Below are positions 18,388-26,847 of a stretch of 64,000 nucleotides of DNA, one piece after another. Numbering within the stretch: the first letter of the stretch is position 1; every line of letters starts with the position of its first letter. The position numbers and the translations under genes were made by a program. The stretch covers positions 186,001-250,000 of IMG/VR virus record IMGVR_UViG_3300030329_006583; one strand, written 5' to 3'. The notes beneath the pieces are model-generated. The model saw only the letters and a list, made by a program, of their open reading frames with translations. It was not told where the DNA came from and made no database searches.

Positions 18388-18518
18388 TTTAACCTCAGTT
18401 TTTCACGCTACATGTGACCGGCTAAAACGATATTCAGGTATGCCAGTCTCATTTTATTTTAACGTGGGCGCAGACTCACTATCCCACCGGTTTAATACCA
18501 CCAATTTAAATATAACAA

Positions 18519-18542
18519 AAGGTGACATTAATGCCACCCTTT
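18519..18542 (-). terminator. Rho-independent terminator
   Basis: GGTGGCA-TTAA-TGTCACC followed by TTTTGTT on the minus strand. Confidence 0.6.
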
Positions 18543-18554
18543 ATTCAATAAAAA

Positions 18555-18662
18555 TTATTGCCCTGTAATCTTCTTAAGCTGGGCCATACACCATTTTAGG
18601 CCAACCCATGCAAAAGGGGCCACCACGGAACCCACAAGGGCACCCCACATAAACTCTGTCAT
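18555..18662 (-). CDS. 35-aa membrane peptide (not in the ORF track)
   Basis: MTEFMWGALVGSVVAPFAWVGLKWCMAQLKKITGQ; strong AGGAGG SD; followed by a terminator. Confidence 0.65.
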   Translation of the reverse strand: MTEFMWGALVGSVVAPFAWVGLKWCMAQLKKITGQ

Positions 18663-18728
18663 AATACACCTCCTACCTAATATTACAAATAATATTTAAA
18701 ACATAAATATCAAAATTACAATTCTTTA

Positions 18729-19559
18729 TTACGCCGGCTTACCAAACCCATCTTCACTTGCATTAACAATGTGGTGATTGAGTTCATAGGCATGATTTAA
18801 TATTTCATCCGCATATCTCTCTATGCGGTTCACCAAAGATACGGGAACACCGCGTTCAAATAATCCGGTTTTCCCCAATCTCTCTACCACCGCATCTGTT
18901 ACATCATTGACCCGACGTGAATGTAACATATCGGATTCTAAATTTTCCTTTAATAAACCCTTTATGACACTTCGCAATAAGGATTCATTTTGACTATCTT
19001 CTACAACCTCCAATATAGCCCTCCAGTGACTTGGGCTAATACCGGAAGGTATTCCACCACTTGCAGATTGTAAAGCCATGAGTGCATCCCCGTATTTCTT
19101 TATTTGCCGTGGACTGGGATTGCTGAGAAGGTTGTGCAACATATCTGCCAATTTTACCTTTAGCGATGCCGAATCTCCCAATAAGGACAATACATAATCC
19201 TGATACGGCACATTCTTTTCATGGGTCAATTGACGTACCACACGTAATGCCTCCCGCCCGGATTGCACATCCCCGAATGAAGCGGTGATCATTGAGCTCA
19301 GATCCTCTGAGGATTTTATATTCCCTAATTCAATTGCATCTTCGAGGGTATCATGTAAAAGAGCAATTGCGCATAGTGTTTGATCCTCTGGGTAGTATTT
19401 TTCTATTATCTTAGCAACGGCCATGGGATGCTCAATATAGGGTTCCCCACTGCGCCTAGTTTGTCCTAGGTGTGCTAGCTGTGCCGTTGCCATGGCATCA
19501 TCAACATCGGCGCTAGCCATACCACAAATTTCACTAATATATTGGCGCAATAGTTTCAT
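18729..19559 (-). CDS. HD-domain hydrolase of the RelA/SpoT hydrolase (Mesh1/SAH) type, with a type-B leader
   Basis: AH.GQ.R.SGEPYIEHP, ALLHDTLED, VKLADMLHNL; N-terminal MKLLRQYISE. Confidence 0.8.
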   Translation of the reverse strand: MKLLRQYISEICGMASADVDDAMATAQLAHLGQTRRSGEPYIEHPMAVAKIIEKYYPEDQTLCAIALLHDTLEDAIELGNIKSSEDLSSMITASFGDVQSGREALRVVRQLTHEKNVPYQDYVLSLLGDSASLKVKLADMLHNLLSNPSPRQIKKYGDALMALQSASGGIPSGISPSHWRAILEVVEDSQNESLLRSVIKGLLKENLESDMLHSRRVNDVTDAVVERLGKTGLFERGVPVSLVNRIERYADEILNHAYELNHHIVNASEDGFGKPA

Positions 19560-20581
19560 CCTTCAATCTCCGGTATACCTGTTATCCTGTGACCGGGTCG
19601 GACCCCATTCCTTTTAAACCAACCGCGGTTCATCTCCAATGCGCATCGGGCAGGGCCATTCGAATAAGTATGTTCCTCCGTGAAGGGTTCCATGTCCTCA
19701 ATGTTTAAAATATACCCATCATCATCCGTATACGCAATAGACAAGGGGAGAGGTGTGTTCCTCATCCAGAAAGATCTTTGATTAGAATCTGGAAAAACAA
19801 ACAGCATCCCGCTATCTTCCCCCATCCCGCGACGGAACATTAGGCCCTGTTGACGAGTGGCAGGGGTTGAAGCAATCTCAGTATCGACCTGTATGCCATT
19901 TACCATCACCCCCTCAGACAATGTTGTAGTTGTTTTGGTTGCGTACCTGACCTCACCCTCATAGATGAACTCATCAACCTGATTAAACCCCAACCCCTGC
20001 GCTTCTCCCAATATCTCAACTTCAGCCATGCACTCATTTCGAGCACCACCCACCAAATCAGCGCCATTCCACTTTGGTAATTCATCTTCTAAATCGGGAA
20101 CCCAAAAACCATAGTCTTCAAGCTCGTCAAACAGAAGCTCGCTAACACCAATCGCTTCTACGTCTTCTTCTTCCAGCTCCTGGATATCTCGGATGTCTTT
20201 ATCAATCATGTACTTAACAATCTCTACAATCGATGATCGATCAAAACACACACTTGAATCCATCACGTCTCGAAAGAAACCGTAGCCCTTATCGAAGAAA
20301 GTTGATTTTGATAGCAATTCATCGTATGTCTCTTCATCCCAATCCAACTTTTCAAAGTAAAAGTCTTTCAAGGCAGACTCTGATATCATACCGAGCGTGT
20401 CTTCACCGTTATAAAGAAATAGCACACGGGAATAATTCTCTGCTGCCTCACGAAGCATATCACCGATATCAAAAGGAGTGTTGCTTTCGTACTCAGGCTG
20501 GATATCTACTACGACAAGACTGCCTTTCGATCCCTGCTCTTGCTCTAGCAATACCCTTATGTATTCGCGGAGTAGTTTCAT
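19556..20581 (-). CDS. fusion of type-B leader, cysteine-hydrolase-like domain and DUF192 domain
   Basis: LVVVDIQPEY...VGGARNEC; C-terminal GLMFR...GMLFVF...FWMRNTPLPLSI. Confidence 0.7.
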   Translation of the reverse strand: MKLLREYIRVLLEQEQGSKGSLVVVDIQPEYESNTPFDIGDMLREAAENYSRVLFLYNGEDTLGMISESALKDFYFEKLDWDEETYDELLSKSTFFDKGYGFFRDVMDSSVCFDRSSIVEIVKYMIDKDIRDIQELEEEDVEAIGVSELLFDELEDYGFWVPDLEDELPKWNGADLVGGARNECMAEVEILGEAQGLGFNQVDEFIYEGEVRYATKTTTTLSEGVMVNGIQVDTEIASTPATRQQGLMFRRGMGEDSGMLFVFPDSNQRSFWMRNTPLPLSIAYTDDDGYILNIEDMEPFTEEHTYSNGPARCALEMNRGWFKRNGVRPGHRITGIPEIEG

Positions 20582-21021
20582 TTTTCTGGAACCCCCAATA
20601 GCTTTTCACATTCATCAGCCAAAATACTCAATTTTAGGGCGGTCAACCTGACATGTTCAATGAAACCCCTTTGGTGAAATGTTTTCCATGCCTGGTGATT
20701 ATCTGATTTCATGCGGTCAAAAATCTTATCGATACCAAGGGCATTACACAAAGAAAAGGAAAACTGAAATGCTGCCTCGCTGTAATCTTCATCCCTAAGT
20801 GCCAACAGACCTTTCTCTGCCGATCTTTTTACTTCACCATATAAAAGTGATACACATTCTGGATTATTTTTAATTTCGCAGGTAAGATTAGGCGAACATG
20901 CCCTGTACTCTAGTTCTCCAAAATACTCGATGGTTACCTGCGTATTGCCTTCCAGGTAATTAGTTTTGGGAGTGCAGGAACAAAAAAGTAGCAACAGCGT
21001 TATTAGTAAAGCCCTTATCAT
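20578..21021 (-). CDS. putative lipoprotein
   Basis: MIRALLITLLLLFCSC lipobox-like N-terminus. Confidence 0.55.
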   Translation of the reverse strand: MIRALLITLLLLFCSCTPKTNYLEGNTQVTIEYFGELEYRACSPNLTCEIKNNPECVSLLYGEVKRSAEKGLLALRDEDYSEAAFQFSFSLCNALGIDKIFDRMKSDNHQAWKTFHQRGFIEHVRLTALKLSILADECEKLLGVPEK

Positions 21022-21048
21022 CTATTAATCCTCCCTGCCAGTGGGTTT

Positions 21049-21402
21049 TCACCATGGCCCGTGTTGACCCGTCTTCAAACAGTTAACCACCGTTTCCTCG
21101 GCAGTATATTCCCGTCGGATTTCGGGCTGGAACATGTCATAATAAATATCACGTGGAATTCCTTCTGGCTTGGTATAACTTGACTGCCAGTCAAACACAG
21201 TGTCACCTTTCTCCACCCACGCATGATCCACAGTTTCCCCAGAGAACTTATCAGTGACCTGCCCATGCACCACCTTAAACTTGGAAAGATCGCTGAATTC
21301 TTCATCTGTGGTACCCTGGGCCATCTTTATTGCGTGTGGATAGCATTGGCCGATTGCTTTTTCCACTAGTAAGGCTCTTATGTACTCACGCAATAGATTC
21401 AC
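21049..21402 (-). CDS. type-B leader protein with Cys/His motifs
   Basis: MNLLREYIRALLVE; GQCY, VVHG and HAWVE suggest a papain/transglutaminase-like core. Confidence 0.65.
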   Translation of the reverse strand: MNLLREYIRALLVEKAIGQCYPHAIKMAQGTTDEEFSDLSKFKVVHGQVTDKFSGETVDHAWVEKGDTVFDWQSSYTKPEGIPRDIYYDMFQPEIRREYTAEETVVNCLKTGQHGPW

Positions 21403-22007
21403 TTTATCACCCCGGCCGAAGCAAAATCTACAATGTTAATCCCCAGCCCTTCGGTTTCTTCAGACACAACAGACATCAAGTTATCCGGAACCATTATCTC
21501 CTTAATTGACCAATTGTCAACCAAGGCTTCGTTAGCAGAACCAGGAATAAAATCTTTGGAATCAAGAACAAGAAAACCGGGTGACAACAACTCATCCATG
21601 TCATGATAGGTACCTTTGTTTACCCCAGAAGACTGTGCCCTATGTTCTCCTCCTACCCTAGCCGCCGTGGACCCATATCCCGTATTTAGATCCTCATTTG
21701 ATAATAGGGTTATCCTTCCATCGATAACCAACCCGACCATAGAAAGCTCATAGCTTTCTGGGTTTATCTGCCCTGGCAAATAAGCTCGAACACTCAATTC
21801 ATTTCTGGAACCTACGTTAATTGTTTGCATTAATTTTTGTGGCCTAACCCAATGAACTGTTACTAGCGAGTCAAGAAACTGTTGGTCAGCATTCTTTGCG
21901 TAATACTGCTTTATTTCCCGACCGGTTTTTAGAGCTAACAAATCACGCTCATCTGCTTCGGCAGTTTCGACCAACAATTCCCTTATATATTCACGTAGTA
22001 ATTTCAT
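21399..22007 (-). CDS. type-B leader protein
   Basis: MKLLREYIRELLVE. Confidence 0.75.
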   Translation of the reverse strand: MKLLREYIRELLVETAEADERDLLALKTGREIKQYYAKNADQQFLDSLVTVHWVRPQKLMQTINVGSRNELSVRAYLPGQINPESYELSMVGLVIDGRITLLSNEDLNTGYGSTAARVGGEHRAQSSGVNKGTYHDMDELLSPGFLVLDSKDFIPGSANEALVDNWSIKEIMVPDNLMSVVSEETEGLGINIVDFASAGVIK

Positions 22008-22291
22008 TTCTTGCCCCTGATCTTAACCCATGTGCCCCACATTAACGGAACAGCTAACCAATGCAAGCATAATAACCATGCTGCAGGAGCACCGGCATAA
22101 AAAGATGGATGAACTGTCTTTCCCAAGAATATGAAGAGAGCGGGAAACCCAACGTCTTCAATAATTTCCCACAACAAGAATATGACAACGAATGCCAGAC
22201 CGTTCTCTTTGAGAAAGCCTTTTAATTTCTCAATAGAAAAATGCTCAAATTTATGAACTAGGCGATCTTTTGTCCACTGAAATAACTTCAT
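22004..22291 (-). CDS. 2-TM membrane protein
   Basis: Hydrophobic segments; overlaps both neighbours. Confidence 0.6.
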   Translation of the reverse strand: MKLFQWTKDRLVHKFEHFSIEKLKGFLKENGLAFVVIFLLWEIIEDVGFPALFIFLGKTVHPSFYAGAPAAWLLCLHWLAVPLMWGTWVKIRGKK

Positions 22292-23139
22292 TAATAATAT
22301 TTTGCCCCCATAACATTAACATCAGGATACTGCTTTTCCATCTTTTCTTTCAGATGGCCTATCGCGGGGGTCATCATCTTCCCAAAGTCAATAATGCTAG
22401 CAGGCTTTGCATACATGCTGAAAAACTTGTCAACAAGCCGGGTCGCTACTTTTTGGCCACCTTTATCTCCCCGGGTTTTCATATAATCAATATACCAGTA
22501 ATCCGGCCCTCGTTGGTGATAATCTAAAAACCCGATGATGCAAACGTCGCTCACCCCTGGGATTATCTCATCTAGCACTGGTTTTTTAAGTTTTCTTCTG
22601 CCACCCTTTGTACGTTTTCGCCACCTTTCAATTTCTGCGAAATAGTGATCATGAGGCCTCGGGGGATCTGTGACAGAAGAATCACATAAGGCCAAACGTT
22701 TCACATTGCCAGAACTGTGATATTGGAGCGGAGAATCAACTTCACGGAACTCAATTCCCTCTGTCAAAATTCCCCTGACAACTTGACGTACAGACTCTTT
22801 CGCATGGGGTGTATCGTTAATCGTTTTAAGCTTGGCCATGTCAACACCAGAAATGCCGGTCAGATCAGCAATCAGATCATCTATGGTATAACCATCACCT
22901 CGCTCAAACCGAACCACCAGATCGGCCATCTGCTTTCCTTCAGGTGCAGGACGAAGCGAAGCATCCTGGCGCACCGTTATCACATCCGGCAGTCCCCGAA
23001 TCTTTGTGAGAATGTGTTCCATGGTAGGCTTATCAGGAGAATCAATGCTGACTCGCACTGTTACGGAGAGATCATCTAACACTGGTTCAGCAGCCGTTTG
23101 TTCCAATAAGCCCCTTATGTACTCGCGTAGTAGTTTCAT
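22291..23139 (-). CDS. type-B leader protein with a GNAT-like C-terminus
   Basis: MKLLREYIRGLLEQ; GFLDY...YIDYMKTR...GQKVATRLV. Confidence 0.65.
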   Translation of the reverse strand: MKLLREYIRGLLEQTAAEPVLDDLSVTVRVSIDSPDKPTMEHILTKIRGLPDVITVRQDASLRPAPEGKQMADLVVRFERGDGYTIDDLIADLTGISGVDMAKLKTINDTPHAKESVRQVVRGILTEGIEFREVDSPLQYHSSGNVKRLALCDSSVTDPPRPHDHYFAEIERWRKRTKGGRRKLKKPVLDEIIPGVSDVCIIGFLDYHQRGPDYWYIDYMKTRGDKGGQKVATRLVDKFFSMYAKPASIIDFGKMMTPAIGHLKEKMEKQYPDVNVMGAKYY

Positions 23140-24218
23140 TACCATTCCCCCGCTTGTTTGGCCCTGGTACGCATGTGTTCCGGAGTCAATGTGTTAGGAA
23201 ATGTCTTAACTACATCGACTGCACCCTTCGATAAAAAGATCGCCTGCTGTGGTTCATTTTTGTGAATCAAGCCGGTACTGCGATCATAAAAGGCGTCCAT
23301 ACCGATCCCTCTCAATATGGCGTTCCACTTTCCAATAGGGGCAGCTGCCTTATCACCGGCACCTGGACTCCCACCTGCTATCATCTTTGTCAATAGCCAT
23401 ATGAGATCAATAGGCCTCTTTCGGGCTTTCTTTTGTGCCTCTTCATATATGGCAGAATTTCTCATGATCGCCGTTATGGGATTAATTCCTTGGGCCACAG
23501 CCTCCTCTACCTTCTGCACCTCATCTTCAAATGAGGTACCTGATAAACCAAATCTCTCCACGGTTTCCTGTGTATACAATTGTTTCATCGCATCATATTG
23601 CTCTGAAAGTGTGAACTCAGGTGACGTCACCAAATTTGCTCCTGCGCTGGTTTTTAATATTGAAATGAAAGGTTGTTGTGTAGCAAAAGGCAATCGTTCA
23701 GAACCTTTAGGCGAAGTAAGTTGTTGAACTGTTTTGGGAAAGAGGGGGTAAGCATAAATTCCGGCGGGTGTGTTATAATCAGAGCCGGGGTTGACACCCA
23801 CCTTATTAATGGCTGTGAAAGTAATATAATATTCCGGCTTTTCCGATGAATTCCCATCGGCATATGATTGCAATTCATTTTCAAGGGTAGGAAGTTCCAC
23901 ACCTTCTTTATCGGCACGACGGGCCTCAGCCAATGTCATTTGTATATACTTGCGCAAGAGCTTCTCATTCATCTTTCCTGTCATCCTCTCCAACATGTCC
24001 ATGGCCTCTTCCCTGGTTACAAAGTAATCACCCTCAATGGTGTAGGGTTTCTCTGAGCCATCAGGTAGAATATAACCTGTACCCACATAAAACCCGTTGG
24101 AATTTTGCATCACCTGTAATTCTGTGGGACCAAATCCTGGCCGGTGCGGCTTGGGCGACCCTGCCTTTTGAAGTAAAGAATTTCTAAACCACTTAATTTG
24201 AAAACCCTTTGGCCACAT
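23139..24218 (-). CDS. hypothetical protein with a type-B leader at 23972 (possible true start)
   Basis: Internal MNEKLLRKYIQMTLAE; KVGVNP.S.YNTPAGIYAYP. Confidence 0.6.
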   Translation of the reverse strand: MWPKGFQIKWFRNSLLQKAGSPKPHRPGFGPTELQVMQNSNGFYVGTGYILPDGSEKPYTIEGDYFVTREEAMDMLERMTGKMNEKLLRKYIQMTLAEARRADKEGVELPTLENELQSYADGNSSEKPEYYITFTAINKVGVNPGSDYNTPAGIYAYPLFPKTVQQLTSPKGSERLPFATQQPFISILKTSAGANLVTSPEFTLSEQYDAMKQLYTQETVERFGLSGTSFEDEVQKVEEAVAQGINPITAIMRNSAIYEEAQKKARKRPIDLIWLLTKMIAGGSPGAGDKAAAPIGKWNAILRGIGMDAFYDRSTGLIHKNEPQQAIFLSKGAVDVVKTFPNTLTPEHMRTRAKQAGEW

Positions 24219-24231
24219 AACCTATCCTTCC

Positions 24232-24567
24232 TTACGCAGAAAAAGACGTTCCACACCCACATGTGGAAGTAGCATTGGGGTTACTAAATTCAAACCCGCT
24301 TCCGTTCAGCCCACCTGACCAATCCAGAACGGTGCCAATCAAAAATAAGTAGCTCTTTTTGTCTACATATAACTTAATTCCGCTCTCAGACGTGTATACC
24401 TTATCACCTTCTTGAATCTCAGTTTCCAATTCCAAGTTATAAGACAAACCTGCACAACCCCCACCTTGTACACCCACCCTTATTCCGTTAGCAGTAGAAT
24501 TTTCACGTTCCATGATCTTACGAATCTGTGTTTCTGCATCCGGTGTTATCTCAATGGTTGGTTTCAT
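24232..24567 (-). CDS. iscA: Fe-S cluster A-type carrier (IscA/HesB)
   Basis: GVQGGGCAGLSY and CGCGTSF motifs. Confidence 0.92.
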   Translation of the reverse strand: MKPTIEITPDAETQIRKIMERENSTANGIRVGVQGGGCAGLSYNLELETEIQEGDKVYTSESGIKLYVDKKSYLFLIGTVLDWSGGLNGSGFEFSNPNATSTCGCGTSFSA

Positions 24568-24940
24568 TCTTTTCTCTCCAATCTTTGATTGCAGCCTTGA
24601 TGGCATCCTCCGCCAACACGGAACAATGAATCTTGATGGGTGGCAAATTCAATTCCTCGACAATCTCCACGTTTCTTATCTTTTCGGCATTGTCAACTGT
24701 CATTCCCTTTACCCACTCGGTCGCCAGTGAACTAGCGGCAATCGCACTCCCACAACCAAAAGTCTTGAATTTGGCATCTTCAACAATGCCTTCATCATTT
24801 ACCTTGATTTGCAATTTCATAACATCACCACATTCAGGAGCACCGACCAAACCGGTGCCCACTGTAGTGTCTGTTTTATCCATTGATCCAACGTTCCTGG
24901 GATTTTTGTAATGTTCAAGCACTTTATCTGAGTATGCCAT
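24551..24940 (-). CDS. iscU: Fe-S cluster scaffold IscU
   Basis: YSDKVLEHYKNPRNVG, GAPECGDVM, KTFGCGSAIA, LPPIKIHCSVL. Confidence 0.95.
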   Translation of the reverse strand: MAYSDKVLEHYKNPRNVGSMDKTDTTVGTGLVGAPECGDVMKLQIKVNDEGIVEDAKFKTFGCGSAIAASSLATEWVKGMTVDNAEKIRNVEIVEELNLPPIKIHCSVLAEDAIKAAIKDWREKNETNH

Positions 24941-24942
24941 TT

Positions 24943-25302
24943 TTAGCTCTTGAGTTTTCTACCTGGTCTTGTTGCATGCTCATGTGTTTTTGATGCTGCC
25001 GCTTCAACCATTCTGGCGGGCACGTTCTTGAGCGTTTTCTTGCCGAACACAATATCATAATGGCCAATGGCACCGTTCCTGTCAAGACTATGCCACACAA
25101 TTTTACCCACCCTTTTAGCCGGGATCCCATATGCCTCCTGCAAAGCTGAAGACTTCAGCTTACCATGTGTCAGTCACGTGTGCCCGATCAATTCTTCCTC
25201 TTCGGGATCCAACTCCGCTTGTTCCATACCTGACCCGAATGGTGCAGCTTTCTTCAATTCTTCTTTAATAATTTGCCTAAGTTGTCTCTTCGTAATTTTC
25301 AT
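24943..25302 (-). CDS. candidate selenoprotein: type-A leader, in-frame TGA at codon 43 (25174-25176)
   Basis: Manual translation MKITKRQLRQIIKEE...LIGHT(TGA)LTHGKLKSSALQEAYG...KTHEH...; the frame stays open for 76 sense codons after the TGA; hairpin 3' of the TGA. Confidence 0.7.
25143..25161 (-). promoter_or_regulatory. candidate bacterial SECIS hairpin
   Basis: AAGCUGAA-GUC-UUCAGCUU: 8-bp stem, loop starts with GU, 20 nt after the UGA. Confidence 0.6.
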
Positions 25303-25643
25303 AACTTATATTTTCTCCATGCATATGCAGGGCGATATTTTAAATAATGTTCATCATATTGGTTGGTGTATGCCTCTCGTTCAAATCTTATGGATTTATA
25401 TGCATCAATAAAATTTTTATATTTCCATAGTGATATTATAAAATCAAAAAGATATATCAAATAAAAACCAACGATGGCAGTCTCAAATTGTTGACGAATA
25501 TGGATCATTTCATGTCGTAATATTGTTTTATTACCTTCCCCTCTCACAAAGATAAATGGAAAAAGTGCAATTGCTTCGACATTAAATGCCCAACTAAATA
25601 GGCGCGGAATGCGACTGTGTTTAAAAATAAATGGTATCACCAT
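25299..25643 (-). CDS. HExxH-containing hypothetical phage protein
   Basis: LRHEMIHIRQQ...FEREAY. Confidence 0.65.
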   Translation of the reverse strand: MVIPFIFKHSRIPRLFSWAFNVEAIALFPFIFVRGEGNKTILRHEMIHIRQQFETAIVGFYLIYLFDFIISLWKYKNFIDAYKSIRFEREAYTNQYDEHYLKYRPAYAWRKYKL

Positions 25644-25704
25644 TTTTCTCCCATACCAAATCTATAGATTTAATTATGGTTGTAATGGTAATCTATATCA
25701 GAAA

Positions 25705-26742
25705 TCACTTAGAATAATTAATGTGAGTAGAACTTTCAATTGCACCATTAGGTGTCTGGCGAATGAATTGGGCCCGGGCATGAAGATGTGAAATGGAATT
25801 AGCACCGGTATAAGAAAGACCTGAACGAATACCCACGGAAATTGTTTGTACAATATCGGCCAAAGGACCTTTCATTGGGATTATTGTGGCTACCCCTTCA
25901 ATAGAATTAGCGCGTCCCCGCCAATCATATTGTGCCTCGACAGACGCCATACCCCGATAGGCTTTATATGCAGTGCGCACCGAATGACCATCCACTACCT
26001 CAGATTTCTCAATAACAGCGCCCGGAGATTCAGGGGTACCGGCCAACATAGAGCCTAACATCACACAATCAGCTCCGGCAGCCAAGGCCTTCACAATATC
26101 GCCACTATTCCTAATACCTCCGTCAGCAATAAGCAGGACATTAGCATCAGCGCTAGCACAATCCATAACTGATTGCAAAGTTGGCATGCCGTGACCGGTT
26201 TGAATACGAGTGCTACATATCGATCCTCCGCCAATGCCAATCCTGACGCTATCTGCACCCCAATCGGCCAAATCCTCTACCGCTGTGCGGCTAGCCACAT
26301 TTCCTGCCATGATGTGCACCTTAGATCCTAAAACCTCCCTCAATTTAAGGAGGGCACGTTTCATGCGCACATGATGACCGTGAGCAACATCAACACAAAT
26401 CACCTTAGCACCATAGCTAACGAGAGCCCCAGCACGAGAAACATAATCTCCTGTTACCCCTACCGCAGCCCCACATATTGCCCCACTAGCCACAATTTTT
26501 TTCACCATATCAAATTGTGTTTGTGGGCTATTATATCGATGTACAATACCGAGTCCCCCCAACCTACTGATTTCGACTGCCGTATCCACACCTGTTACAG
26601 TGTCCATGGGGCTTGAAATAATAGGTAATTTCAAAACGCCAACCTTGGGAATTTCTACACTAAGATCCACCTCTGTCCGGCTCTCAATAGCTGAATACTG
26701 GGGGGCTAAAAGAACATCGTCAAAACAAACTGTTTCCCTCAT
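25705..26742 (-). CDS. IMP dehydrogenase / GMP reductase family protein (no CBS domains)
   Basis: [33 protein letters not shown] (catalytic Cys), ADGGI, YRGMAS. Confidence 0.9.
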   Translation of the reverse strand: MRETVCFDDVLLAPQYSAIESRTEVDLSVEIPKVGVLKLPIISSPMDTVTGVDTAVEISRLGGLGIVHRYNSPQTQFDMVKKIVASGAICGAAVGVTGDYVSRAGALVSYGAKVICVDVAHGHHVRMKRALLKLREVLGSKVHIMAGNVASRTAVEDLADWGADSVRIGIGGGSICSTRIQTGHGMPTLQSVMDCASADANVLLIADGGIRNSGDIVKALAAGADCVMLGSMLAGTPESPGAVIEKSEVVDGHSVRTAYKAYRGMASVEAQYDWRGRANSIEGVATIIPMKGPLADIVQTISVGIRSGLSYTGANSISHLHARAQFIRQTPNGAIESSTHINYSK

Positions 26743-26758
26743 TATATAACCTCATGTT

Positions 26759-26836
26759 TGGTGGGCCCTCTGGGATTCGAACCCAGAACTGACGGTTTAT
26801 GAGACCGGCGCTCTAACCTGATTGAGCTAAGGGCCC
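26759..26836 (-). tRNA. tRNA-Ile2(CAT), lysidine-type
   Basis: GGGCCCT acceptor, CTCATAA loop, A73 and CCA; resembles bacterial Ile2 rather than Met; adjacent to tilS. Confidence 0.88.
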
Positions 26837-26847
26837 GCATTACAAAT

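Noticed and set aside
18416-18491. Pistol, HDV-like or hammerhead ribozyme
   Set aside because: CCACGUUAAA resembles pistol P1/J1-2, but the loop size and the remaining conserved core do not fit; no CUGANGA/GAAA core.
24924-25130. Alternative-frame ORF MGSRLKGW... preceded by AGGAGG
   Set aside because: The SD-ATG spacing is only 3 nt, the ORF overlaps the iscU start, and the overlapping frame carries the leader and a His-rich conserved-looking core. It cannot be fully excluded without Ribo-seq.
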